A DNA stretch of 64,000 nucleotides from an uncultured Gammaproteobacteria bacterium. GTDB lineage: Bacteria > Actinomycetota > Acidimicrobiia > Acidimicrobiales > Aldehydirespiratoraceae. Each line of letters begins with the position of its first letter. Position 1 is the stretch's first letter. Where the stretch lies: the NCBI GenBank assembly GCA_964196195.1, contig CAXMSE010000032.1, positions 801 through 64,800 of the forward strand, read 5' to 3'. Both the position numbers and the translations under genes were made by a program. The notes under the pieces are model-generated. The model ran no database searches. It saw nothing but the letters and a program-made list of their open reading frames with translations, and was not told the DNA's origin. Shown in pieces: positions 28,533-37,553 of this stretch.

Positions 28533-29566
28533 CAGGCGGTGATCCCTGCGCTGATCGCGTCGGCATAGAAGAGGCCGAGGCCCACTGCGGTGCACAGGCC
28601 CGACACCAGCCAGAGGCGTACCAGAACCGTTGTCTCGGGCCAGCCGGCCAGCTCGAAGTGGTGGTGAATCGGTGCCATCCGGAAAAGGCGCCGTCCCCCG
28701 AAACGGCGGAACACCACAACCTGCAGGATCACCGAAAGGGTCTCCAACACAAAGAGTCCGCCGACGATAGCGAGGAGGAGTTGGGTGTGGCTGGCGAGCG
28801 CGAGCGCGGCGAGACCACTACCTATGGCCAGGGATCCGGTGTCGCCCATGAAGATCTGGGCCGGCGGCGCGTTCCACCAGAGAAAACCGATGATGCCGCC
28901 CACCATGGCCGAAGCCACGACGGCCTGATCGAGGGCATGGGGGTTGCCGTACACCTCGATATGGCGGAACTGCCAGAAGCCGATGAACATGAACGCGGCA
29001 AAGGCGAAGGCACCCGCCCCGGCCGCGAGACCATCAAGACCGTCGGTGAGGTTGACCGCATTGGTCGTGCCGACGATGAGGAGCACGGCCCACAGCATCC
29101 AGAGGATGCGACCTATCTCCCAGCCGGGCGAGTCGAACCGGGTGAAGCTGATGGAGGTGTGAACGTTGGTGAACTCGGTCATCAGGAAGGCGAAGCCGAC
29201 GGCCACGATCAGTAGGCCCACCATCTTGGCCTTCTTGTTCAGGCCGAGGTTGCGGGCGGCGACGACCTTGATCCAGTCGTCCATGAGGCCCACCGCTCCC
29301 CCACCAATGATCGCCAAAAGGACGAATATGCCGCTTCGGGTGTAGATGCCGCCAAACAGATCCGACACGACGTAGCCCGAAACGGTACCGGCCACTATTG
29401 CCAGGCCGCCCATGGTGGGTGTGCCCGCCTTGGTGTGATGCCCTTCGGGTCCGTCGTCGCGGATGGGTTGGCCCACTCGGTGATGGGTGAGCCAGTTGAT
29501 GAGCGCCTTGGTGCCGAACAGCGAGATCACTCCGGAGATGGCACCAGCGAGCAGGAGGCGGGTCAT
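28532..29566 (-). CDS. mraY: Phospho-MurNAc-pentapeptide transferase
   Basis: KAGTPTMGG, NAVNLTDGLDGL, FMGDTGS, MAPIHHHFE. Confidence 0.97.
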   Translation of the reverse strand: MTRLLLAGAISGVISLFGTKALINWLTHHRVGQPIRDDGPEGHHTKAGTPTMGGLAIVAGTVSGYVVSDLFGGIYTRSGIFVLLAIIGGGAVGLMDDWIKVVAARNLGLNKKAKMVGLLIVAVGFAFLMTEFTNVHTSISFTRFDSPGWEIGRILWMLWAVLLIVGTTNAVNLTDGLDGLAAGAGAFAFAAFMFIGFWQFRHIEVYGNPHALDQAVVASAMVGGIIGFLWWNAPPAQIFMGDTGSLAIGSGLAALALASHTQLLLAIVGGLFVLETLSVILQVVVFRRFGGRRLFRMAPIHHHFELAGWPETTVLVRLWLVSGLCTAVGLGLFYADAISAGITA

Positions 29567-30972
29567 GAGGCTGCCCCCAGAAGGCGTTTCAGTTCCGCAC
29601 GGGCCACGAGGCGGTCGTCGAAGTCGTGGGCCGTCTCACCGATGGTCTGGGTGGCTTCGTGTCCCTTGCCTGCGATCAGCACGACGTCGCCTCTACGGGC
29701 GCCTGCCAAGGCGTGCCTGATGGCGGTGCGCCGGTCGGGTTCAATCAGTTCGGGTGGGCGATCCATCCCCGACACGATGCCCGAGATGATGGCCTCTGGG
29801 GGTTCATTGCGCGGATTATCGCTGGTGACCACCACGCGGTCGGCGAGGTGGCGCACCACATCACCCATTTGGGGACGCTTGCCGCGATCGCGATCTCCCC
29901 CCGCGCCGAACACCACGATGAGAGATTTTGTTGTCACCCCACGCGCCGCCTCGAGTACGGCTTCGAGCCCATCGGGAGTGTGTGCGTAGTCGACGATGAC
30001 GGTGAAGGTCTGGCCCTCGTCGATCGACTCGAAGCGTCCGGGGACGGCGGGGACCCTGGCGAGGCCTTCGGCCACCGCCGACGGGGAGCGCCCGAGAGCG
30101 ACGACGATCTCGGCCGCAAGTACGGCGTTGGCGACATTGAAGGCGCCCCCGAGGGGGAGTTCAACATCGAAATCACGCCACTGGAAGCGGCTGGTGAGGG
30201 GTCCGAGATGGGTGAGGTCGGTGGCACCATCGTCGATTTCCACCACCGGGATGGTGAGTCGATCGGCAAGGCGCCGGCCTTCGGGGCTGGCGACGTTGAC
30301 CACCGCCATCTCGCTCAGGGCAGGGTCGAAGAGGCGCGCCTTGGCCTCGAAGTAGGCGTCGAGACCACCGTGGTGATCGAGATGGTCGACCCCGAGATTG
30401 GTGAAGGCCGCCACCTTGAATCGGGTGCCGTCGACGCGGTGGAGATCGAGTGCATGGCTCGAGACCTCCATGGCGACCACGTCGTGGCCGGCGTGCTTGG
30501 CCGCGGCCAGATGACGCTGGAGCTCGGGTGCCTCCGGTGTGGTGCGGACGCCGGTGAGGGTGCCGATCTCAGCGGCTGACCCACCGAGCTCATCGACCAG
30601 TGAGGCCACCAGTCGAACGGTGGTGGTCTTGCCGTTGGTGCCGGTCACTCCAACCACGTCGAGTCCCCGACTGGGATCGCCGTGCACCATCGATGCCACC
30701 AGGCCAACCACCTTGCGAACGTCGTGGACGACTATCTCCGGCACTCCCAGGGCCAGGGGACGTTCGACCAGGAGGCCAACGGCTCCGGCCTCCACCGCCT
30801 TGGCCGCGTGGAGGTGCCCGTCGGTGATCTCACCGGGGATGCAGACGAACATCGACCCCGGTTCGACCTGCCGCGAGTCGTGTTCGACATCGTTGATAGC
30901 GAGGGCCGACCGATCGGCGCCGACAACCGCATCACCGAGAGCAGCGGTGATCGCATCGAAGCGGGCACTCAT
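29563..30972 (-). CDS. murE: UDP-MurNAc-dipeptide--diaminopimelate ligase
   Basis: GTNGKTTT, TTPEA, MEVSSH, DYAHTPD, DNPR (DAP specificity motif), AGKGHE. Confidence 0.96.
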   Translation of the reverse strand: MSARFDAITAALGDAVVGADRSALAINDVEHDSRQVEPGSMFVCIPGEITDGHLHAAKAVEAGAVGLLVERPLALGVPEIVVHDVRKVVGLVASMVHGDPSRGLDVVGVTGTNGKTTTVRLVASLVDELGGSAAEIGTLTGVRTTPEAPELQRHLAAAKHAGHDVVAMEVSSHALDLHRVDGTRFKVAAFTNLGVDHLDHHGGLDAYFEAKARLFDPALSEMAVVNVASPEGRRLADRLTIPVVEIDDGATDLTHLGPLTSRFQWRDFDVELPLGGAFNVANAVLAAEIVVALGRSPSAVAEGLARVPAVPGRFESIDEGQTFTVIVDYAHTPDGLEAVLEAARGVTTKSLIVVFGAGGDRDRGKRPQMGDVVRHLADRVVVTSDNPRNEPPEAIISGIVSGMDRPPELIEPDRRTAIRHALAGARRGDVVLIAGKGHEATQTIGETAHDFDDRLVARAELKRLLGAAS

Positions 30973-32792
30973 GTTTCGCCAACTTCCTCGGAAGGCTCGT
31001 CTTGCACCAGCGCCGAGGCGGCCGTGGCCCGCACCCGATCACCCCCGTCGGCGCCACTGGCGGGCGGGATACGGAGCTGGCGGACGGCATAGCCGGCGAT
31101 CTCGGCGAACACCGGGGCAGCCACTGCGCCACCACCGGTCGAGCCCTGAGGATCGTCGACTATCACGATTACCGAGAGCTGGGGGCCGAGGTCGTTGGCC
31201 ACTATGCCCACGAAGCTCGCCGTGTGGTGGCGGCCACCGTCAGCGCAGAGATACCCGGGAGCATCGTCGCAAGGCTGCCAGGCCGTACCCGTCTTGCCTG
31301 CGACCCGGTAGCCGGGGAGTTCGGCGCGGGTGCCGGTGCCCTTTTTCACCACCGATTGCATCATGGCAAACACTGCGTCGGCGGTTTCCTCCCTGATCAC
31401 CCGTCGAGGAGTGCTCTCGCCGACATCGTCCATCACCAGGACCGGGTCGACGTGCAGGCCACCGTTGGCGATCGTGTTGTAGGCCTGGAGCATCTGGATG
31501 GCGGTCACCGCGACGCTCTGTCCGATCGCCACATTCGACAACTCCAGCACATGGGTGTCGAGCCGATCGAGAATGCCGCTGGCCTCACCCTTGAATTCCA
31601 GCGCCGTCTGGGCGCCGAGACCGAAGCTGGTGAGGGTCTCGTAGAGGCCGGCGGCTTCCAGCCGCTCGGCGAGGGTGATCATGCCGATGTTCGACGACCT
31701 GGTGATGATCTCGGTGGGTGTGTAGGTCGACTGCTCGTGAGCGAACCAGTCCACGTAGCGCTTGACCTGACCATCTTCGATCGGAATCTCGATGACCTCG
31801 CGCAGCGCGATCGTCTCGTCGGGAGTTGTGAGGCCGGCCTCGAGTACTCCCGACATGGTGAGGGGCTTCACGATCGAGCCTGGCTCGTAGGACCAGATCG
31901 CGGAGAGATTGGTGGTGGTGCAGCCCACCAGACCCGTCTCGGGGTCGCGAAGCACGTTCGCTGCCGCGATGATCTCGCCGGTGGAGGGCACGGTGACGAT
32001 GGCGATCCCGAGTGAGCCGCCTGAGGCATCCACCGCGTCGGCCAGGATCTGTTCGGCCTGGTATTGCACGTTGCGGTCGAGGGTGAGCCGGAGGTCGGTG
32101 CCCGGCCGGGCCGGCTTCACGACCTGCTCGCCGCCGGGGATCGTGAGGGAGCCGTCGGCGCTCGCCTCTCTCACGCTCTGCCCGCTCACTCCGGTAAGCG
32201 ACTCGTTGTACGACTCCTCAAGCCCACTGATCCCGATGTGGTCGATATCCACCCGGCCGACAACCGCCACACCCGAGCAATTACCGTTCGGGTGCTCACG
32301 ACGGGCTTCTTCTTCGATTCGGACACCGGGCAGATCGAGGTAGTCGATCTCGGCCCCGATCTCGGTATCGACCTGGCGATCGATGTAGGCAAAATGGGCG
32401 TCACTCAACAGGCGACGGGTGAGGACCTCCGGTGGTGTCGACACGAGTGGCTCGAGTCGGGCCACCAGATGCGGCACCTGCTCTTCGGCCACGAGTCGGG
32501 GGTCGACCACGACCGTCGGGGCCGGGAGTGAGAGGGCGAAGGTACGACCCCATCGATCGAGGATATCTCCCCTGGGCGCAGCCAATTCGACCGTACGAAC
32601 TCGGTTGCCGATTCCGGCGGCGAGGGCGGGGTCGGGGGTGAGTTGGAGATCGACCAGGCGGTATCCGAACAGTCCGAAGACCAGGGCGAGACAGAGCGCC
32701 ACCGCGTAGACACGATGGCGGCTCACAATCGGACGGGCGGGAACGACTGTTCGCGATCGATTGGTTGTGGGGCGACGAGCGCGTCCCGTCAC
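30969..32792 (-). CDS. ftsI: Class B penicillin-binding protein (FtsI/PBP3)
   Basis: RGDILDR, GLEESYN, EPGSIVK (SxxK), SSN, KTGT. Confidence 0.92.
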   Translation of the reverse strand: MTGRARRPTTNRSRTVVPARPIVSRHRVYAVALCLALVFGLFGYRLVDLQLTPDPALAAGIGNRVRTVELAAPRGDILDRWGRTFALSLPAPTVVVDPRLVAEEQVPHLVARLEPLVSTPPEVLTRRLLSDAHFAYIDRQVDTEIGAEIDYLDLPGVRIEEEARREHPNGNCSGVAVVGRVDIDHIGISGLEESYNESLTGVSGQSVREASADGSLTIPGGEQVVKPARPGTDLRLTLDRNVQYQAEQILADAVDASGGSLGIAIVTVPSTGEIIAAANVLRDPETGLVGCTTTNLSAIWSYEPGSIVKPLTMSGVLEAGLTTPDETIALREVIEIPIEDGQVKRYVDWFAHEQSTYTPTEIITRSSNIGMITLAERLEAAGLYETLTSFGLGAQTALEFKGEASGILDRLDTHVLELSNVAIGQSVAVTAIQMLQAYNTIANGGLHVDPVLVMDDVGESTPRRVIREETADAVFAMMQSVVKKGTGTRAELPGYRVAGKTGTAWQPCDDAPGYLCADGGRHHTASFVGIVANDLGPQLSVIVIVDDPQGSTGGGAVAAPVFAEIAGYAVRQLRIPPASGADGGDRVRATAASALVQDEPSEEVGET

Positions 32793-33214
32793 CCTGTGCT
32801 CACTCCTGCGAACGGGTCGACCGAGTCTGGACCGACAAGGGCGCCGACCGGCACGGGGGCGAGCATCACGACGTCGGCGGCGGGAACGAGTCCCGCCGCC
32901 AGTGCGAGTTCTTCTAGTCCCTCAGGCGAGTCGTGGGAGGCCTGGGAGGCCAGAAGACGGTTGCGCTGTACTTCCAGCGCACTGTTTTCGGTGTGGATCG
33001 CGTCGATCTCAGCCTGGGTCTGTACGAGGACGGCATGGAGTCCGGCCACGGCGAAGAGGGTGGCGAAAATCAGTACCACGAAGACGGTGCTCATCACACC
33101 GACGGTGCGCGCCCGATCGTCGGGCCGGACGACGCTGAGCGGGGCTTGCCGGGGCGCGGGCTGGCGGGCCGGACGAGCGCCAGTGCGCATGGGGGCGGGT
33201 CTGGCCTGTGCCAT
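32789..33214 (-). CDS. ftsL: FtsL-like cell division protein
   Basis: One TM helix plus short coiled coil, located between rsmH and ftsI. Confidence 0.7.
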   Translation of the reverse strand: MAQARPAPMRTGARPARQPAPRQAPLSVVRPDDRARTVGVMSTVFVVLIFATLFAVAGLHAVLVQTQAEIDAIHTENSALEVQRNRLLASQASHDSPEGLEELALAAGLVPAADVVMLAPVPVGALVGPDSVDPFAGVSTG

Positions 33215-34194
33215 CAGGCCGCCTCCACCAATTTCTCGACGGCACGAAAGCGGGCCGCCTCAGAGCGCGGGTTTCGATCGATCTCCGCGGTGGTCGGCTT
33301 GGCCGCTCCGCGCCAAAGCAGGCGTACGTCGGCTACGACACCGGGCGGGGGCGGGAGATCGGGTCGGGGAGGTGGCACCTCGCCCGCCGCGTGTCGAAAC
33401 AGGCGCTTGACGATCCGGTCTTCTCCGGAGTGGTAAGCCAGCACGGCACATCGGCCTCGCGGCGCGAGCAGGCGGAGGGCCTGGCCGATCGCGTCGGCGA
33501 GAATCGCCAGCTCGTCGTTGACTTCGATTCGAATCGCCTGGAAGGTGCGCCGGGCCGGGTGACCACCCTTGCGTCGCGCCGGCGCAGGAATAGCGTCGCG
33601 CACGATCTCGGCGAGTTCGGCGGTGGTGGATATCGGCCGATTGGCCACGATCGCCCGGACGATACGAACGGCATGACGCTCGTCGCCATTGTGGCGCAGG
33701 ATTCCCACGAGAGTTCTCTCGTCGGCGGTGTTGACGAGATCCGCGGCAGTACGGCCTCGGCTGCGATCCATCCTCATGTCGAGGGGGCCGTCGTTGCGGA
33801 AGCTGAAGCCCCTGTCGGCCAGATCGAGTTGGGGTGAGCTGACACCGAGATCGAACAAGCAGCCCGAGACACTCGTATGGCCCAGGGAGCGAACCGTTGC
33901 TTCCAACTCATCGAAACGGGCATGACGAAGGGTGACCCGATCACCTTGCGAGGCGAGCCGCGTCGCAGCGGCCTGGAGAGCCATCTCGTCGCGGTCGAGG
34001 CCGAGGATCGAAAGGCGGTCGTTGGACGCGAGCAGGGCGGCGGCATGGCCCCCACCGCCAAGTGTGGCATCGACCACCAGACCGGCGGGTACATCGCTGA
34101 GAACGTCGATCACCTCGTCGCACATCACTGGGATGTGCTCGAAACGAGGCGAGGGCTCGCTTTGCGCCTTGGGGATGTCGCCGCTGTCGGTCAT
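33214..34194 (-). CDS. rsmH: 16S rRNA m4C1402 methyltransferase
   Basis: HIPVM, DATLGGGGH, DLGVSSPQLD, LDMRMD, FQAIRIEVN, HSGEDRIVK, NPRS. Confidence 0.96.
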   Translation of the reverse strand: MTDSGDIPKAQSEPSPRFEHIPVMCDEVIDVLSDVPAGLVVDATLGGGGHAAALLASNDRLSILGLDRDEMALQAAATRLASQGDRVTLRHARFDELEATVRSLGHTSVSGCLFDLGVSSPQLDLADRGFSFRNDGPLDMRMDRSRGRTAADLVNTADERTLVGILRHNGDERHAVRIVRAIVANRPISTTAELAEIVRDAIPAPARRKGGHPARRTFQAIRIEVNDELAILADAIGQALRLLAPRGRCAVLAYHSGEDRIVKRLFRHAAGEVPPPRPDLPPPPGVVADVRLLWRGAAKPTTAEIDRNPRSEAARFRAVEKLVEAA

Positions 34195-34205
34195 CGGTTC
34201 AAAGC

Positions 34206-34389
34206 ACCAACCAGGTCGAGTGGACGCAAGGATCGAATCGAACATCTGCAGTCTCCCGACCAGCGGCGCACGCCGGGATTTCTCCCCGGTCGAGCTAATG
34301 GCAAGCGGGCGGAGTACGGGTCTTCCATTTGCTGATCGGAAGACTGCAGATGTTCGGGTCGTTCGTTGCGGCTCTACGCCTTGGTTGGT
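34206..34389 (-). ncRNA. Putative structured cis-regulatory RNA between mraZ and rsmH (long branched hairpin)
   Basis: 34331-34356 pairs with 34239-34264 over 26 bp; the two non-Watson-Crick positions are G-U only on the minus (mRNA) strand; further stems extend to 34206/34389; GAAA-capped inner hairpin. Confidence 0.7.
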
Positions 34390-34441
34390 TCCTCTCGTCG
34401 TGGGTGGTGTCGGACACCAGCGGATCTGCCGGCGCAGGTGG

Positions 34442-34879
34442 TCAGTTGGGGCCCAGGCCGTGGCCGCGTTCGATGGCCGCAGCCAACTTCTCGGCTCCGT
34501 CGGGCGAGACACCCGACCAGCGGTCGGGGTCCCAGATCTCGATTCGGCGTAGTGCGCCGGTGACGATCACGTTGCGGTCGAGGCCCACCAGGTCGCGAAG
34601 ATGGGGAAGCAGCCTCACCCGTCCCTGTGAATCGGGCGTGACCTCGTCGGCCTGGCTGGCGAAGTGGCGAAGAGCATTCACGCCGACCTCGCCGGCAGCC
34701 ACCTGCTCCTGGAGTCGGTCGGCCATACGGTCGAACTCGTCGGCAGGGAGGATCGCCAGGCAGTGGTCGAGTGGCGTGATGAACGCTCCCTCGGCCAACT
34801 TCGCCCGAAATGAGGCGGGAAGGATCAGGCGGCCCTTGTCGTCGATCGTGTGTTCGAAATTGCCCACGAATCGTGCCAT
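34442..34879 (-). CDS. mraZ: Division/cell wall cluster transcriptional repressor MraZ
   Basis: FVGNFEHTIDDKGRLILP, DSQGRV, IEIWD; ATG 34879 with GGAGAGGAGG SD. Confidence 0.96.
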   Translation of the reverse strand: MARFVGNFEHTIDDKGRLILPASFRAKLAEGAFITPLDHCLAILPADEFDRMADRLQEQVAAGEVGVNALRHFASQADEVTPDSQGRVRLLPHLRDLVGLDRNVIVTGALRRIEIWDPDRWSGVSPDGAEKLAAAIERGHGLGPN

Positions 34880-34905
34880 TGGATCCCTCCTCTCCTGCCT
34901 TGCGG

Positions 34906-35033
34906 CCCCACTTCGAGTCCCGGGAGTTCCAGGTGTCCCCCGAAGACCCCCTGGGCCTCCTAGGTACTCCCTGTTCCTCCACTGTCCTCCACTGTACCCC
35001 TTTTCCCTCCCACGTCGCAAGTATTTCCTCCAC
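34906..35033 (-). promoter_or_regulatory. mraZ/dcw promoter with an extended MraZ-box array
   Basis: -35 TTGCGA (35020-35015), 18 nt, -10 TACAGT (34996-34991); GG(A/G)(G/A/C) cores recur every 10 bp from 34920 to 35010, including two GTGGAG. Confidence 0.75.
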
Positions 35034-35045
35034 GCAGAGCGCGAA

Positions 35046-35059
35046 CGAACGCACGTTCG
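35046..35059. promoter_or_regulatory. LexA (SOS/Cheo) box upstream of the mraZ promoter
   Basis: CGAAC-GCAC-GTTCG, exact match to CGAACRNRYGTTCG, intergenic. Confidence 0.65.
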
Positions 35060-35107
35060 GCGCGAATCACTCCCCGACGTGGAACCGTCGACCTCTGGGA
35101 AGTCCGG

Positions 35108-35782
35108 CTAGGCGGGAAGGGAAGCCAGCAGGGCTTCGGTGACGGCCCAGTCACCCACAACGCCCACCACCGAAGCCAGCTGGGCCGTGGCATCACGTCG
35201 CTGGTCTGCCGCCAGCTCCAGTGCCGCCACTGCGAGGCTGGGGCGGAACCGGCGATGCACCATGGTTTGGACACGGATCCACTCTCGTGTCCGACGCTGG
35301 CTCACGCCCACGTACTTGTGAGCGCCGACGAACACCTCTCCGGGGCCGAGTCCCGCGAAGCACACCAGCTCAGACCATGGCCGTGTCTCGAGCCCGCCGC
35401 GATGCACCTCGAGGTCCGTGCCCCCGCAGCTCTCCAGCGCCCGGGCCCAACTGTCGCCCACCCAGTCGGCGCCCCGAGCCACGTCGTCGTGCCAGAGAGG
35501 GTCGCCCTGCGGGATCCAGATGTCGATCCAGACGTGCTCACCCGGCACCAGCAACACCGCTCCACCCCCACTGCGGCGCCGGGCCACGACCAGACCAGCG
35601 AGCGAAGCCGCGGCGGGATCGACGATGTCGTCACGTTGGGAACTTCCCAACACCAGTGTCGACTGATCGACCTCGAGCAGCCGAACCGTGCGGACGGCGC
35701 CGTCGGGAGCGAGGGGTTGGTGGAGGGTCGCGGCAGAACCCGAGGCCGTCTCGACCGTCCAGCCCGGCAGGGAGGAGGTCAC
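35108..35782 (-). CDS. Lipoate-protein ligase family protein (BPL/LplA/LipB catalytic domain only)
   Basis: [31 protein letters not shown]. Confidence 0.85.
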   Translation of the reverse strand: MTSSLPGWTVETASGSAATLHQPLAPDGAVRTVRLLEVDQSTLVLGSSQRDDIVDPAAASLAGLVVARRRSGGGAVLLVPGEHVWIDIWIPQGDPLWHDDVARGADWVGDSWARALESCGGTDLEVHRGGLETRPWSELVCFAGLGPGEVFVGAHKYVGVSQRRTREWIRVQTMVHRRFRPSLAVAALELAADQRRDATAQLASVVGVVGDWAVTEALLASLPA

Positions 35783-36285
35783 GCCGATCGGCGCTGATCC
35801 CGGAGATAGGGCTCCCAGGAATCAGGAATCGACCCGACGGCCACCTCGATCCATGTGGATGGCGGCGGAGGCCCCGGGCGAGAAACGAGTCTCATCGCGG
35901 TGTCGGCCAGCAGGCGATCGCGCTTCACCGCATTGCAGCGGCGGCAGGCCGCAACGAGGTTTTCCCAGGTGTGCAGGCCGCCCCGACTGCGGGGAACGAC
36001 ATGATCGAGTGTCTCGGCCGCGGCATCGCAGTATTGGCAGCGATGGCGGTCGCGTGCGAAAACTCCACGCCGGCTGGGCGACCGATGGCGTTGATAGGGT
36101 ACCGAGACGAAGCGAGCCAGCCGGACGACCGACGGCTCTCTCAGGCTGAGGCGCTCACTGCGCACCAGGCGACCGCTGCTGGCGATCAGTTCGACTCGTT
36201 CGGAGAGAACCAGGCAGATCCCACGAGGAATGCTCACCACGGCGAGTGGCTCGTAGGTTGCGTTGAGAACGAGCACTCCGGCCAT
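35779..36285 (-). CDS. HNH endonuclease (stand-alone, actinobacterial type)
   Basis: [44 protein letters not shown]; TAGTTT -10 6 nt before ATG. Confidence 0.92.
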   Translation of the reverse strand: MAGVLVLNATYEPLAVVSIPRGICLVLSERVELIASSGRLVRSERLSLREPSVVRLARFVSVPYQRHRSPSRRGVFARDRHRCQYCDAAAETLDHVVPRSRGGLHTWENLVAACRRCNAVKRDRLLADTAMRLVSRPGPPPPSTWIEVAVGSIPDSWEPYLRDQRRSA

Positions 36286-36300
36286 TGGGAGAAACTAGCC

Positions 36301-36561
36301 TCAGGCGCGACGCTGATTCTCGGACTTGCACCATCGGAGCCAGGCAACCAGGTCGCCTACCTCCGGCGGATGCTCAGGGTCGCCGTACTGGGTGACCGCC
36401 CGGAAACGCAGCAGCGCCGGATCGGGAACCGGTAGGAAGGGCTTCTGGCGCCACCACCCGTCGGGAGCGAATCGACGCGCCTGGCCGATAGCGATGCGCC
36501 AGAGGCTCGGATGGAACAGCACGGCACGAACCCCCACCACAAAGGTTTGGGCGGGTCTCAT
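36301..36561 (-). CDS. Small hypothetical protein
   Basis: ATGA-coupled to the ROK gene; aromatic motifs GWWRQKPFLPVP, FRAVTQYG, WLRW. Confidence 0.7.
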   Translation of the reverse strand: MRPAQTFVVGVRAVLFHPSLWRIAIGQARRFAPDGWWRQKPFLPVPDPALLRFRAVTQYGDPEHPPEVGDLVAWLRWCKSENQRRA

Positions 36562-37427
36562 CGCACACCCACGTCATGGCCGAGGCCGCGGAACCCCACC
36601 GCGGCAGCGCCGACGATCGGCCCGTCGCTTCCCAGGACGGCCGGGATGATTCGCGTGCCGACAGAGTGCTGGAGCGCGGCGACACGATCCACCTCGGCCT
36701 GGGCGGCCGCGAAGAAGGGATCGCCGAAACCGAGCGCCACCGATCCTGCCACCACCGCCAAGGAGAGATCGAGGAGGTTCGCCACTGAACCGACGGCTCG
36801 ACCGACGAGGGTGCCGGCGCGCTCTATCTCATCACGTTCGGCCTCAGCTGCGGGCCGGCCCGTCCTGAACGCGATCGCGGTACCCGACGATTCTGCCTCC
36901 AGCACCCCGGGAACATGGTCGGGTAGTGGCGTGCCGTCCGGCACAACCACCACATGGCCTATGTGTCCGGCGTTGCCATCATCGCCGTCGAGAAGGCGCC
37001 CGTCGAGAACTATCCCGCCGCCCACACCGGTGGAGACCACCATGGCGATGAAGTTCTGTTCCCCCGTAGCGGCCCCCTTCCATGCCTCAGCCAGGGCGAG
37101 AGCCTTGGCGTCGTTGTCGACGAAGGTCGGGAGTCCGGTGAGTTCCGCGAGACGGGGCTGGAGCGGGAAACGATCCCAGGCCGCGATGTTGAGAGGCGAG
37201 ACCTCGAAGCCGCCGCGGATCATGGGGCCACCGGAACCAACACCGCAGACCACCGTGTCGCTGGAGTCGATCTGCTCGAACAGGCCGGCGAGTCTGGAGA
37301 ACAACTCCTCACTATCGGCCGCGCCCACCGATCCGACCCTCAGCCGATCATGGATGACGCCATCGGCATCAACCGTAGCGACCTCGAACTTGGTGCCGCC
37401 GATATCGATTGCGAGGGCTCGGTCCAT
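36558..37427 (-). CDS. ROK family sugar kinase
   Basis: LAIDIGGTK, DNDAKALALAE, STGVGGG, GNAGHIGH, DGPIVGAA; TAAGGT -10 8 nt before ATG. Confidence 0.9.
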   Translation of the reverse strand: MDRALAIDIGGTKFEVATVDADGVIHDRLRVGSVGAADSEELFSRLAGLFEQIDSSDTVVCGVGSGGPMIRGGFEVSPLNIAAWDRFPLQPRLAELTGLPTFVDNDAKALALAEAWKGAATGEQNFIAMVVSTGVGGGIVLDGRLLDGDDGNAGHIGHVVVVPDGTPLPDHVPGVLEAESSGTAIAFRTGRPAAEAERDEIERAGTLVGRAVGSVANLLDLSLAVVAGSVALGFGDPFFAAAQAEVDRVAALQHSVGTRIIPAVLGSDGPIVGAAAVGFRGLGHDVGVR

Positions 37428-37553
37428 GATGCAGGACCTTACGCCGGTAGGTCGCGGGTGGAGGCGGATCAATGACCGACCAGGCGGGGCGATCGCAACG
37501 ACACCTCGCGACGCTCTACGCTGACAGCCGGATCACAGAGGCCCGGAGGCGAC

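Noticed and set aside
35108-37427. ROK-hypothetical-HNH-lipoate ligase block as a defence or mobile island
   Set aside because: No methylase, integrase, terminal repeats or visible compositional shift; the HNH is the common stand-alone actinobacterial type.
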